Shown: positions 43,465-57,809, numbered from the stretch's first letter. The stretch is 64,000 bases of DNA from Leucoraja ocellata (GCA_036785375.1 JAWMAR010000231.1:3534001-3598000); one strand, 5' to 3'. Program-made: numbers and translations. The notes: generated by a model from the sequence alone, not told the origin.

Positions 43465-43499
43465 CATTTTTGTCTACCTATAATTATTGCAGTTCTTTT

Positions 43500-45160
43500 T
43501 TTACGTCACTATTAGTTTTTGATGTGTACTTTTTCTACAAAATAATTACTGCTTGGGGTTCTCTACACTAGTCCACCACAATAGTAACCCTTCATTCCTA
43601 CTTGTGTTTTTAGTCTCCACCCAAATAGTCAATATTATCTGAGCGAGAATGTCTTTTATCTCTCTAGAATGTCTTTCATCACATTCACACCTAATGCCAC
43701 CATCCTTTCCTCGCCACCTGTCCTCCCTAAACATTGTACTCAGTTTTGATTCTGTGCAGCCATGTCTCTGCAATGGCTTATGGGATTTTACCTGTTCACC
43801 TCTATTTATGCCAATGGTTCATTAACCACATTACACTTCATCAATTAACATTCAATCCCCTTTTTTTTCAAGGTGGTTCCACTTGGCTCTCACCCTTGAC
43901 ATCCCTGTCTTCTGCTGTTGCAACTACTGTTCTTTCTTTCATGTCAGGCCGTGTTTCATTCTTTTTCAAACTGATACAGTCCTGAAACGTCACCTTTGCA
44001 TGTCCGGCGGGTCAGGCAGCATCTCTGGAGAGAAAGGAATAGGTGATGTTTTGGGTCAAGACCCTTCCTGAAGGTGGGATCTTCAGTTCAGAAATAGCGT
44101 CTTAACCCGAAATGTCACCAATTCCTTTTCTACAGAGATGCTGCAAGATCAGTGGAGTTACTCCAGCTTTTTGTGTCCACCTTCCCCAAAATTGGTTCTA
44201 GTGTCCCAAGAATCCAAATCCCTCACTCCTGCACCATGTCTTTAGCCCCACCCTTTTCATTTGGTCTATTCTCCTGTTCCGACACTAACTAGCATGTGGT
44301 ACTTCTGAGAGTATTACTTTTGAAGTCCTGCTTTTTAATTTATTTCTTAATTTCTTGTATTCATTTTGCAGGACTTTATGCATTTTGTAATCTACTTTGT
44401 TGAAATTGATATATACTGCCACCGTTGGTTGCATACACTCCCCTTTCAAAGAGTTATAAAGTTATACAGCAGAGAAACAGACTTCTCGGTCTACCCTGTC
44501 CATTCCCCGTCCATCTATACTCATCGCACATACCAGCACCTCTAAAACTTGGCAATTCAAGTGTTCTTCTAGATACTTATACAATATTTGCCTCCACCAA
44601 CCTCTCTGCCAAATGCATTCCAAATTCCAATCATCCTGGTGGGGGAAAATAATTCTTCTTTATCTCCTCTAACCTTTCACTCCTTACCTTAAACATGGTT
44701 GTAGATACCTCTGTTGTGTGGAATAATTTACCACAGACTATCTATGCCCCTCTTAATTTTATACACCTCTATTAAATTTCTTTTCAACCTTTTCTGCTCC
44801 AAGAAAATCAAACCTAGCCTTTCTTGTCTCTCTTTAGACACTCCATCCCAACAACATCCTGGTGAATCTCCTCTGCACACTCTCCTGAGCAATCACATTG
44901 AATCCATTCTATGGTGACCAAAACGGCAAGCAAAATTTTAGATGTGGCCTCACAATGCTTTATAAAGCTGTACCATATCTTACCTACTCTTATATTCTCT
45001 GCCCCAGACAATGAAGGTTACCAACCCCATGCTTTCAATACCACTCTATCTCCCTGGGGTGCCACCTTCAGAGGTCTTTCAGGATGCTCTGCAGCCTTTC
45101 TGTGACACCCTTCACCCCAGCACCAGACCATCCTGGAGTCACTTGTGCAGCTCTTCTCTG
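43500..45160 (-). mobile_element. Mosaic of decayed CR1 pieces (endonuclease region, ORF1 region, 3' end) with a palindromic pLTR relic at ~43975-44180
   Basis: FREDRWRGKDGGI...IWVE (CR1 endonuclease-like); 44450-45080 resembles CR1 3' ends. Confidence 0.6.
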
Positions 45161-46699
45161 AGCCAATGTTTGAGGCCAATAAACCTCTGACAAAAAGTTA
45201 TCGACCTGAATGATTAACACTATGGATGGCTTGATTGTAATCATATATAGTCTTTCCACTGACTGGACAGCAATGAACAACAACAAATAATTTTCACTGT
45301 ACCTCGGTCCACGTGACTATAAACTAAACTAAATCAACTCTTTTCATAGTTGCTGCCTGACTTGCTGAGTATATTCAATATTTAAGCTCTCTTTTCATAA
45401 TCCCTGTTGAGGTGTGATCCAAATCTTGCTTTAGTAAAAATAAATTAATGGAAAATCATTTGTTTTATACAGTCAAGGAAAAAGCTTTAAGGATCAGGGA
45501 ATGAATTATTAATTGTACGCCTGCATGGAAGGTGTCACATATCAAATAGTCAGTAAATCTGAAATGTCACTTTTGGTTAACTACTTTGATATCAAGAAAT
45601 CTTGAGAAGTCGCTTAAATGAACCTGCGTGCTTCTTTAACCTTACCTTGCCAAGAGGAAGTAATGTTGCAATTGCAGGACTGAAATACTGAACAATTGCA
45701 ATGTTTTTTAAAGAACATCCATATTGCATACTGGAAACAAGTCATTATGCAAAGAAATAGGCATTATTTTAAATGGATTAGATCACAATTCCACCTAAAA
45801 TTGCAATTTTCTGTCACAACTGTGTTGGAATTGTACCACTCTTATCTTTTAAATAGTGTGTTTGAACCTCCATAACAGTTGGTATTGGTTTATTATTGTC
45901 ACCTGTATTGAGATATAATGAGAGGTTTGTTTGCGCGCTGTCCAGTTAAATCATATTATTAATGAGTACAATCAAGCTACAACAGTTAGTGCAAAGAGAA
46001 ACATACTGGAGTGCAGAATGTAATGTTACAGTTTTACACCATTACAGTTACATGTAGAATAGCTTTGAGGTATTTCCCAAAGAAAGGGTTTCTTTATGCA
46101 AAGTAAATGGCCAAATTATACATTTCACGTAATTTCCTTCCTACTTAAATAAACAGAAGCATCATTCTGACACGTTGGGAAAAAGATCTCTTCTGGTTTA
46201 CTTGTCAAGAACATATTTAATTATTATTATTTAAAGGTGGAATTATTATAGTAGGATTGCTGGCGTAAAACAACCTTACGACACAATATATCTGCAGAAT
46301 AGCCAGTCATTTAAATAGGCACAATGCCTGGATCTAAGATGGATAATTTAGCTCCTTTACAATCTCCCAACATTTCAACATTATTTATCCATGCAATTCA
46401 GCACTGGGGGAGAACACATGAATGGAGGAAGGGGCTCCTGTTTTAAGATGCTGTTTTGCCTCAATTGTTCTCAGTGTTCTGTGAGAGTATAGATCACTAG
46501 AAAGGCAAAGGCCAACCTGTAGCTCAGGGTAACTGCCACTATTCTTTCTTCCATTTCTTCTCTGCTCAGTAGTTTTGTTCCAAACTAATCAATGCCTTCA
46601 ATTTGTTCACTTACCTGTTCAGCCTCTAGCATTTAAATAAATACAGATCAAACCATTGTTTTATCCTCTCTCTTTAATGTGCATGGCTTGCCCTGTTTG

Positions 46700-47730
46700 C
46701 TAATCTTCCTCTCTTTGTCCACAGTACTTGCCCACAGCCTCTCCTCTGCCTCCTTTCTGTTCTGGGACCCTCTCCCCTGCCAATCTAGTTTGAAGACTCA
46801 TGTGTAGCACTAGCAAATCTCCCTCCCAGGATATTGATCCCCCTCCAGTTCATGTGTAAACACTCCCATTTGCACAGGTTATCATTGCTGCAGAATAGAC
46901 ACCAATGATCCAAAAACCTTATCCCAATTCCAGTCCCTCAGCTACTTAGTCATCCAGCATATCCTTCTACTCCTAGCCTCTCTAGCATGTGGCACTGGGA
47001 ATAATCCAGAGATTACTACCCTTGAGGACTTGCTTTTTAACTTTTTTCCTGCACTCCCTTCACTCACTCCGCAGGACCCCATCCTCTTTCCTAGCTATGT
47101 TGTGGTATTGATGTGCACAATCACCTTTGGCTGCACCCCCTTCCCCTTGAGAATGTTCTACAGTTGCTGCAAGCCATCCTGCTCCCCGGCACCAGGGAGG
47201 CAACACACCATCCTGGAGTCCCATTTGTGGTAACAGAATCTCCTGTCTGTCCCCCTAATTATAGAATCTCCTGTTGCAATAGCCCAGTCTACCTTCACTC
47301 TACCCCCACCCCCCAGTTCTCCCCGCTCATGCCGCAGACATGGTTGCTGCTGCTTTCTCCTGCACTGTCAAACCACCCCCCCTTCGCGCCCGCACTGCCC
47401 ACAGCGAAATCCGAAAGGATATATTTGTCTTCAAGAGGAATGGCCCCAGGAGATTGCTGCATTCTCTGTCCACTCTCTTTATCGTTCCTGGTGGTCACCC
47501 ATCTACTTACTGCCTGCACCTTAAGTCTGATCACCTCACTATAACTCATATCCATGGAGCTCTTATTCTCATGGACCATCCTGAAGTGATCCAGCAGCAA
47601 CTCCAGTTTCCTCACATGGTCAGTCGGGAGCTACAGTTGACGTACTTCCCACAGGTGTAGTCCGCAGGGACACTGGAAATCTCCCTGACCTTCCACATCC
47701 TGCAGAAGCAGCACATCACAGTCCTAACTG
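46700..47730 (-). mobile_element. Decayed CR1 ORF1 (zinc-finger/leucine-rich plus esterase-like region)
   Basis: RKLELLLD...SYSEV...WVTTR...QSPGAIPL; downstream GDSII.G.DRRFC and MVCCLPGA segments are readable on the minus strand near 47180-47275. Confidence 0.75.
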
Positions 47731-48189
47731 CAGCGAATTGTGGATGCAGCCCAGACCATCGCACTAACTAACCTTCTTTCCATTGATTCCATGTATACCT
47801 CATGCTGCCTTGACAATGCCAGCAGCATAATCAAGGTCGAGACCTCTCCCATTGGTCAAAAGGAATAGATTACAGTTGTTACATCGACTACAAAACATGT
47901 TTAGTTTGGAAAGGTACACAAGTTCCAAATGACAATAGCCAATATTAAAAGGGCCTTGAATTTCTGAATCGAGCTCCACAATAAACATCAAATCTATCTA
48001 ATTCTTCTATTAAATATATAATCAGGATTATCATCAATTCCCAATTTCAATGCCTTGCCTCCATTTATTGGTCCAGTTTCATTTTTGTCCATCATCTCCA
48101 TTTTGGACTTTTCCACTGAATTCTCACAGGACTCCAACTCAGTCAAATCTGCAGCATCCCATTGCCTGCACAAAGTCCCACTCACTCAT

Positions 48190-48560
48190 TACATAGAAAC
48201 ATAGAAAATAGGTGCAGGAGTAGGCCATTCAGCCCTTCGAGCCATTCAATATGATCATGGCTGATCATTCAACTCAGTATACTGTACCTGCCTTCTCTCC
48301 ATAACCCCTGATCCCTTTCTCCACAAGGGCCACATCTAACTCCCTCTTAAATATAGCCAATGAACTGGCCTCAATCACCTTCTGTGGCAGAGAATTCCAG
48401 AGACTCACCACACTCTGTGTGAAAAATGTTTTCCTCATCACGGTCCTAAAGGAATTCCCCCTTATCCGTAAACTGTGACCCCTTGTTCTGGACTTCCCCA
48501 ACATCGGGAACAATCTTCCTGCATCTAGCCTGTCCAACCCCTTAAGAATTTTGTAAGTTT
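48190..48560 (-). mobile_element. Young CR1 3' fragment
   Basis: ORF 48274-48537 and (AAACATAG)n tail. Confidence 0.93.
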
Positions 48561-48884
48561 ACCCTGCTGCAGCTCCTTGACAAGCTTTCCGTCACTCAGT
48601 GTGACAATTTGAAATTTTCAATTCTGGTCTATAGTTTAATCCTGCAACTTGTTCCTCCCTAGTTCAGGAATTTACCCTTTCCAGCATCCCTATACCTCTG
48701 ATTTCCTCTACTTCTCTGATTTTGTTTTCCCTTCTTCTGCCCACTATCAATGGCAAAGTTTCCGCCAGGGTTTCAGGACATGACCCATTCATTCTTGCCT
48801 CATTACTCCCACTTTCTGATAGTGGAGAAGGGTAACCAAGCAACCAAGCTTGCAGGATTGGCATCAGCTCCATTGAGATATAAA

Positions 48885-49572
48885 GTCATAGAGTGATACA
48901 GTGTGGAAACAGGCCCTTCGGCCCAAATTTCCCACACCGGCCAACATGTGCCACCTGCTCATGTTTGGTCCAAATCCCTCCAAACCTGTCATATCCATGT
49001 ATCTAACTGTTTTTTTTTAATGTTGAGTCCCTGTCTCAACTACCTCCTCTGGAAGCATGTTCCATACATCCACCAACCTTTGTGTGAAAAAGTTACCCCT
49101 CAGATTCCTATTAAATCTTTTCCCCTTCACCTTAAACCTATGTTCTCTGGTTCTTGATACACCTTATCTGGGAAAGAGACTATGCATCTACCCGATCTTT
49201 TCCTCTCATGATCTTATACACCTTTATAAGATCACCCCTCATCCTCCTGCGCTCCATGGAATAGAGACCCAGCCTACTCAACCTCTCCCTATAGCTCACA
49301 CCCTCTAGTCCTTGCAACATCCTCATAAATCCTCTTTGCACCCATTCCAACTTGGTAACATCTTGCCTATAACACAGTGCCCAGAACTAAACACAATATT
49401 CTAAATGCGGTTTCACCAACGTCTCATACAACTGCAACACGATCTCCTCACATCTATACTCAATACTCTGGCTGATGAAGGCCAATGTACCAAAAGCCTT
49501 TTTGACTACCTGAGCTACCTGCGACCTTCAAGGAACTATGCACCTGCACTCCTAGATCTCTCTGCTGTACAA
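48885..49572 (-). mobile_element. HER1-like CR1 3' portion
   Basis: Homologous to 58985-59437 and 3734-4488; shares its tail with the HE1 SINEs. Confidence 0.85.
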
Positions 49573-49574
49573 TA

Positions 49575-50190
49575 CGTTTGTAGTTCAGATCAACTCGCGG
49601 GCGGCGGGAGTGCCCCGGGAAGCCGCGCTTGCCCAATCCATCCGCCGAACAACTGTGCCACCGACGACCAGAGCGACGACCGAAATGTGCCCCGAGAGGC
49701 CTGACTCGCACCACAGGCCTCCCAGGGAATTGTGAGGATGCCGGGCGGCGAGGCCTGTCTGGGCCGCAGGAGCCTCAGGGCGTCGGCGATGGGAGTCTTG
49801 GCGGCAACGGGGCCTTCGGTGGCAACAGAGCATCGGCGGCGACAGTGGGAACCTCAGTGGCGGTGGTGCAGCATGAGGAGAGGGGGAAGACAATGGTGAT
49901 CTGGCGTGGGGGGGGTGGCCGTAAGGGACAGTGGGAGAACAAAGGGGGACCCAGTGTGGGGGAGTGGGAGGGCATTCTATTTTACATTCCTTTGCCCTGG
50001 GGAATGTCTGTGTTTGTTTGTTTGTTCATTTGTTCCGATGAAGGCGCTGTGCACACGACAGCCAGACAACAGTCGCTTGTCCTTTTTTTTTCACTTTCAG
50101 GTTTATGTGTACCTTGTTGTGTGTTGTGACTATTGCAAACCAATTTCCCTCCTGGGGATGAATAAAGTTTATCGTATCGTATCGCATCGT
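49575..50190 (+). mobile_element. GC/CpG-rich non-autonomous retroelement with AATAAA+(TATCG)n tail
   Basis: Ends atttccctcctggggatgaataaagtttatcgtatcgtatcg; no credible coding similarity. Confidence 0.55.
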
Positions 50191-51186
50191 TTTGTTACAC
50201 TTTCCAGTTCCTTGTGCCACTACCATCAACTGATTGATCCCAACGATAACATTACAGACCCACACTACAAAGGCCACCAGAATAAAACAGCAGGGTTTAT
50301 TTTTGCTTTGGATTTCAGCTGACAGCAAAGTCTCCATCCATCAGCTGCTGAGATTTATAACGGATTAAAATGCCTACTTGTGAAATTATCACATCTTAAT
50401 GCTGCTTTACATTATACATTTCAGCATCTAATCATCACAACTTCAACTTCAGTGTATTCATCATTAAAATTGAAAAGCCCCAGAACCGCTGAGCATTTGT
50501 ATGAAGTGACTTCACCACGAGGCACACTTTTAGCTGATAACGAGCAACGCATTTCTCAAAGAAAAAATACCTAGGAAAACAATTTGCAATAAGAAGAAAG
50601 ATTTCTTTGAAGCTGAAATAATTTTGCACTCAGAAGATAAGTCTATCTGCATTGCTTTGATGTTCATTTGATCCATCCTTTGATGTTCATTTGATCCATC
50701 ACTTGATCCATCCTTATCTTTTTTTTTGTGCAGACTTTCTATGATTTCATAAATTGCAGACAATTTTGCCTGTCATTTAATTTCTAGACACAGGCTATAC
50801 AAAGGCCACGAAGCTGGCAGAGAAAAACATTTGTGCAACATCTGTGAATCTGTGGCAACAGGTACTATATAAATTATGCCCACAGGCTTCCTTTTGGAAA
50901 ATCTTATCTACCATGTGACATCACATCGGAAGTCTCGATGTGTAGCAATCCTTCTGATTAAACATATTTTTGCAATTCGAAATTACATTGGGAGAAGCTG
51001 CATCTATTTTAAAACTTGACAGGATATTTCAGATGGAGTTTATACTTTAGGTGGGGCTTATGAGTTTTATGTCACAACAAGGTATTTCAGATTTACTGTA
51101 TGCAAAGCAATCTAAATAAAATTGCAGTGTGGCATGGGTCATGAACCTTTTGCATAGTTGCATATATTAATCATGAACAATTTTGC

Positions 51187-51456
51187 AGGTTACGGTGGCA
51201 TAGCGATAGAGCGACTGCCTTACATCGCCATGACTACGAGTTTGTACTTTCTCCCAGTGACATGCGTGGGTTTTCTCCAAGACCTTCGGTTTCCACCCAC
51301 ACTTCTAAGACGTACAGGTTTGTAGGTTAATTGGCTTGCCATAAATGTAAAATTGTCCCTTGTGTGTGTAGGATAAGTGTTAATGTGCAGGGATCGCTGG
51401 TTGGTGTGGACTCGGTGGGCCGAGAGGCCTCTTTCCGCGATGTATCTCTAAACTAA
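51187..51456 (+). mobile_element. HE1-type V-SINE with internal deletion (B-box lost)
   Basis: Head, V-domain and tail match 15389-15706. Confidence 0.85.
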
Positions 51457-54269
51457 GCAAAGGCAGCAAACTAACTTGCCTGATGCACTATTCCGGTTGA
51501 TTGTTAACCGCAAATAATGGGATGAATGCTGGGGTATTGTGGTATATTTACCCCAGTTTGGGGTAAATTTACTGATTTATTCACAGGATTTGGGCATCAC
51601 TGTAAAAAAACAGTATTTAATGTCTATCTTTAATTGCCGTTCAACTGAGTAGCTCGATCAGTTGGTTTGGAGGGAATAAATAATCAAACCACTGGGGAAT
51701 ACGAAGCGAATCAAGGCCAAAACCAGGAGGAATAAGAGTTTTCCTTCCATGAAGGACATAAGCGAATGAGGAATTTTACAACAATTGGTTTCTTGGTAAC
51801 CTCTCCTGATCCTAGCTTTTTAATCTCTGAATGTAATTAACTAACCAAATGTATATTCTTCATTATCTCTGGTGGGAGTGGGACCAATGTCACTCGTTTA
51901 GAGTAAAATCCGGTTTGCAGATCCAGTGAGTTAACTGCAGTATCATTGTTCCCTCTATTATAAGAAATGCCAGGATAAACATGGAGAGAGCATGGTGATT
52001 GTTAGATGCTGGAGACTGTGCTGGCAAAGATAGGCGCTTCTTACAAAGAATATTCAACCTCACCTTCATAATGGTCCATGATCTATTATTACATTGGAGT
52101 TCCATGCATCGATGTCTTAAACAAATTGTGGGAAAGGTCTCTTCTTTAACTGACACAAACAAGCCTGTATTCTTGCCTGTCAAGTGTGCTGTCTGTTCAT
52201 GTTAAAGGTAACCTACAAAGAATAGTTCTGTTACAAGCAGAAAAAAACAAGTTACTCAGAATTCAATTTTGAGTGTACAAAAGATAACACACAAAAATAG
52301 AACCAGATCACCTGCAGCAGCAAAGAAGATGGGAGAAAATTGTCATTTTGTGGCCAAACTGTTATCAACTTCCTTTACAAAGTTCTGGGCAAGTGACATA
52401 TTCTTTCAAAAGGAGAACACAGGTCAACAGCTAACCTTGACTTAGCTACCATTGCAAGGAAAGTCATACATTTCAAATAAAATATAATTTGTAAAATACT
52501 ACTTTCAGAGAGTTGTACATTGCAGAAAGTGGCAGTGTGTCCCATCTCTGAAAGAGCCATTCCATTAATCCCATTCCACTGCTCGTTCCAAAACTTTACA
52601 CACCTATTTTCTTTTCAGTGTGATCAATTCCTTTTTAGTTAGTGATTCTGTTATTTGTTAGTGATTCTGTTATTTCAGATAGTGCATTCGAGCTTATAAC
52701 AAGTTGCGGCATAAATATTATTCTTGCTTCCCTTCTAGAGTTTGGTGCCCAGAACCTGGTATACTAGCAATCAATGATTTTCAAATCCGCACTAAACTTC
52801 CAAAATGTTAACACCTAAACTTTCCTTCTAATCTGGCTGGGAGCCATTGAGCTGCAAACTCAATTAATTAATCAATTAATTAATTAATTAATGCATGCAT
52901 GCATGCCATTGGTTCCACGAGGCGTATGATTATGGCATTAACAGCTTGTAAATCAGAGGGAATGAGGGTCATAGAGTTATAGAGTCGTACAGCACTGAAA
53001 CAAGCCCTTCAGCCCAACTTGCTCATGCCGACCAAAATGCCGCATTCACGCTAGTTACACCTGTGTGCATTTGGCCCATATTCCTCTAAACCTTTATTGG
53101 GGTATCAGATGAAGGTTTAGGTATGAAGGCACAGTCACTTTTGGTAGTTTCAGCCCAACCCTGTGCCCTCAATAACATTGCACCGATTGATGGTAGCATT
53201 GTCTTTGTAACGACGAGAAGATACACCTGAAATGTCACTAATTAACTGCAATCACATCCAATTTCCCACCAACTTGTCCTACAAAGTTTGTGTTGGTAAG
53301 GAACCTGTAAATTTCTTTCGATGGCTATGAGTTGTGGGTGTATAAATTACAAGAGTGGTGTATGTGTGAAGGCAAGGAGGACATTACCCACCATGGCTAG
53401 TACAGATTGATGCCTGGGCTCACCAAACTTGTAAATAAAATGAAGTATTGGCAAATTAACTTTTACTTCCATCATACTTGCATCACAACTAACCGTAGAT
53501 AAGGAGACCATTTGGCTCTATATTTTCTACACCCGGAGAAGCCCAGAGATTTCTCATAACATCCAACTAGTCCACATCCCAATTGATTTGCCTCCATAAC
53601 TTTAACCAGGAGGCTGTTGGTGGCAATAAAGAACCAAGGGGAGGTTGAACAACCACTAGTTCAGCTCCTTGTTAAATAGTGGATGAAATGAACAAATGAA
53701 CTCCTTTCACCAATTTTGATTGTGTTGCCTAAAATAAAATACATGATTCCTGACAAAACTTCAATTGATCCAGTTTCCAAAATGTTTAGCTTGAAATGTT
53801 CTATTATTTCTACTCGCCATCCTAATTTAAGCAGGCCAGACTGTGACTTTAATGAGAGCCATGTTATCTGGCTTGCCAATTACATGCTTTTCTCTGTACT
53901 CAATTCAAATGAAATCTTTTGATCTAAGTATCAAGCAGATGATGCAACACTGTCAATTTGGCACAGCTATCCAAATGAATATCTGTCTTCTCCTCTCGGT
54001 CCTAACAATCCCAAAACCAACATCCTGCAGGGGAGATTTGTAATTGTGGTGTGTTTCAGCCGAGTTGGTAGAGTAATGGTATTTAGTGTAGACATGCAGA
54101 TGGAGAGGATCAGTCATCTAGAGGGGAAAATGTTAGTAAGTCCAATAAGCAGGGTAGTGGGGTGAAATGGTATATTTTCAAATATATATTTATATTATAT
54201 TTGAAAACATAATGACATTCAAAGTTAAATAAAGTTTATGATACCACAGCTTCAAGTCCAACCTTATGT

Positions 54270-54832
54270 ACAGGAAGGAACTGTTTAAACCAAAGAGGCA
54301 CAAAAAGCTGAAGTAGCTCTGAGAGCATCTCTGGAGAAAAATAATTAGTTGCCACACACTTTAATTCCCATTCCCACACTGACCTTTCTGTCCTGGGCCT
54401 CCTCCACGGTCAGTGAGGCGAAATGCAAATTGGAGGAACAACACCTCATATTTCACTTGGGCAGCTTACACCTCAGCGGTATGACTATTGATTTCTCTAA
54501 GTTTAGGTAACCCTTGCATCCCCTCTCTCTCTGTCCCTCCCCCATCCAAGTCATTGTACTAGTTTCAAAGTCGACTTGTTGAGTCTCATTGTCTGTAATT
54601 CGTTTTCACCTAGCCCACTGCTAACAATAGCTTGTTTCCTTTATCATCGTTACTTTTTTGCATATATTTCATTAATTTGTTCTATATCTCTCCATATCAC
54701 CATCTATCTCATTTCCCTTTCCCCTGACTCTCAGTCTAAAGAAGCGTCTCGACCCGAAACGTCACCTATCACTTATCTCCAGAGATGCTATCTGACCCAC
54801 TGAATTACTCCAGCTTTTTGTGTCTATCTTCA
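54270..54832 (+). mobile_element. Penelope-like 3' end (endonuclease C-terminus remnant plus pLTR) with a short inverted 5' piece
   Basis: aaattggaggaacaacacctcatatttcacttgggcagcttacacctcagcggtatgact = KLEEQHLIFHLGSLHLSGMT, resembling the GIY-YIG C-terminal E..LI..LG.L.P.G.N motif. A mutated hammerhead core lies at 54736-54765. Confidence 0.75.
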
Positions 54833-55904
54833 ATCTTATGTATGTTTGTTAGTTAGCATGGTGCATTACATTTCAGAAGTTAATTTTTTTTATGTGATTT
54901 TCCTTCCTGATTTGCAGTTTGGGTGAACTCTTTAATGTAAATGGATTTATAGCGAACTTGTTGACATCAAAGTTGAATTGGGCGTGAGAGCAATTGCCAT
55001 CAATCAGTAAGAGAAAATCCATACTTCAAAGACCGTAAGATATTTGTGGACAGCCTTTTGAGGTCATTGATGAATGCTGAATGATTGGGTCTGACCACAC
55101 AAAAAATAATCAGCAGCATTATTTGAGATGAATCACTAGGTTTTGTTAAGACAAAAGCATAAATATATGGATTTGAAATTTGCAGTAAAACATCTAAATA
55201 TAATAAGGCGGAAAGATGTTTCTAAATATTTCATGGTCACATTCTGAAATCACTATCCATTTACAACAAGCAACTTCTCAAACATATGTTACTGAAGTAA
55301 TTTATGGTCAAATCTGTGTGTTTGTCACTTTAGCATTAAAACATTGGCCTCTGTTTTGTTCAGATTGTATTAGTTGAGGAGCAATCTCATAGCACAGTAA
55401 TCAAGATCCTCATGGTAGTCAGAACATTTCCGAAAGCAAGATATTTATAATTGATTTCATGGCATGAATGAGGGTGGTATTAAAATTAATAAAATTATCA
55501 TATGAGCTGCTGTGTAAAGCAATTTGCCAAAGTGTCTTTCCCAATCACTGTGATTGATTGCTTCGAATATAATATATCTCTCATTTTTGGCTTTAAGAAG
55601 TTAAATTGCTGAAAAAATAATTGGAGCCAACTTGTTTCACTATGTCAGTGCATAACTGAGCAAGGAAAGACATCATTTTAAAACAAAAAAGATACAAAGT
55701 GCTGGAGTAACTCAGTGGGCCAGGCAGCATCTCTGGAGAACATGGACAGTCAACATTTCTGGTTGGGACCCTTGTCCATTTTGTTTTGCAGCTCTCAATT
55801 CCATTATTTATAATGACATGATGTTGTCACCTGGTTCAAATAAGGCGTATATAATGGCATTTCAGTGCATTTTCAATCAACAATCACATCCAAGAAATGT
55901 TTAA

Positions 55905-56090
55905 TTTTAGTTTGGAGATACAGCATGGTAACAGGCCCTTTGGATCACCCGTTCACACTAATTCTATGTTATCCCACTTTCTCATCCACTCCCTACACAC
56001 TGGGGGTAATTTGCAGAGGCCAATTAACTTACAAACCTGCATATCTTTGGGATGTGGGAGGAAACCAGAGGAAACCCACATGGAAACTAC
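55905..56090 (-). mobile_element. Partial HE1-like SINE
   Basis: ttttagtttggagatacagcatgg.aacaggccc...tgtgggaggaaacc. Confidence 0.7.
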
Positions 56091-57002
56091 ACCCTAAATG
56101 TTGGAAATGTATGGCCAAGGAGAGCAAGGTGCAATCAGATACATTACAAATTTTACTGATGAAAAATTAAAACGTCATTATTTGCAATGTCCCGGACACC
56201 TTGGAAAGAATATCCATTTTAAAGAGCACATGCAACATTTATGTTAATTCATTCGGGCTAATTTCAATCCTGTGTTGTTTAAATGGTTAAAATGGTGACT
56301 GGCTGCTGCAGGGTATTTTCATGACCTATTATAATAATTGTATGGTATTTCATTGTATTGAAACGGCTTGCAAAATGTTCAGAGCCTGTTAAACTGTAGA
56401 TAAAAGATCAGTGGATCAAAGCCTCTTTTACTATTCAGTTTTCTGAGCAGGTTTCCAATTTAGAAATCACTTCATTCCCATATTTCACACTCTTATGCAC
56501 ACAATGCTTTTGATGTTGATACTGTTAAATTGCTAAATTTTTCTTGAAGGAGGAAGGGACTGTAACAATCCCAACAACTCACACCAGTAGCTCTAACTGC
56601 TTCCCAGAGATCATACTCTGTGCATAAGCTTTAAAATGCCGGCTGTTGCACCCAGCTCCATTAAGCAGATCAGTACATCATCTTTAACTATCAACAAGTG
56701 ATAGCTTTCTGTGAATTTGCAGCCATGGCTGGTTTTCTTGATCGCAGACTTCATTGGTTGCTGGTCTATAGTTACATTGAAAGAAAAAAAGTGAAAATAG
56801 AAAAGGCTATCTTTCTATTAATTGCAGCTTGGCGGCCATCAATGGGACAGTATGTTCTGTATAAGACACCCAGGCAAATTTTGCAATGCATTTGTCCTGT
56901 GGCCATTCACTATCTCTCCGTATTCAACCATCTAAGAGAGTGGCAGGATGTCTGCTGTGTCCTTTACTCATGCAGTCACCCCATAATCCCACCTCACCTG
57001 AC

Positions 57003-57809
57003 TGTGAGGTTTATCCATTTTGGTGGCAAAAACAGGAAAGCAGACTTTTATCTAAATGGTGGCCGACTAGGAAAAGGGGAGATGCAGTGAGACCTGGTTG
57101 TCATGGTACACCAGTCATTGAAAGTAGGCATGCAGGTGCAGCAGGCAGTGAAGAAAGCGAATGGTATGTTAGCTTTCATAGCAAAAGGATTTGAGTATAG
57201 GAACAGGGAGGTTCTACTGCAGTTGTACAGGGTCTTGGTGAGACCACACCTGGAGTATTGCGTACAGTTTTGGTCTCCAAATCAGAGGAAGGACATTATT
57301 GCCATAGAGGGAGCACAGAGAAGGTACACCAGACTGATTCCTGGGATGTCAGGACTGTCTTATGAAGAAAGACTGGATAGACTTGGTTTATACTCTCTAG
57401 AATTTAGGAGATTGAGAGGGGATCTTATAGAAACTTACAAAATTCTTAAGGGGTTGGACAGGCTAGATGCAGGAAGATTGCTCCCGATGTTGGGGAAGTC
57501 CAGGACAAGGGGTCACAGCTTAAGGATAAGGGGGAAATACTTTAAAACCGAGATGAGAAGAACTTTTTTCACACAGAGAGTGGTGAATCTATGGAACTCT
57601 TTGCCACAGAGGGTAGTCGAGGCCAGTTCATTGGCTATATTTAAGAGTTAGATGTGGCCCTTGTGGCTAAGGGGATCAGAGGGTACGGAGAGAAGGCAGG
57701 TACGGGATACTGAGTTGGATGATCAGCCATGACCATATTGAATGGCGGTGCAGGCTCGAAGGGCCGAATGGCCTACTCCTGCACCTAATTTCTATGTTTC
57801 TATGTTTCC
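57003..57809 (+). mobile_element. Young 5'-truncated CR1 LINE
   Basis: ORF 57103-57651 and (CTATGTTT)n tail. Confidence 0.95.

Noticed and set aside
47860-48190. Possible L1/Tx1 ORF1 remnant (CSRCNN resembling SRRNN)
   Set aside because: The similarity is too weak to support without a profile search.
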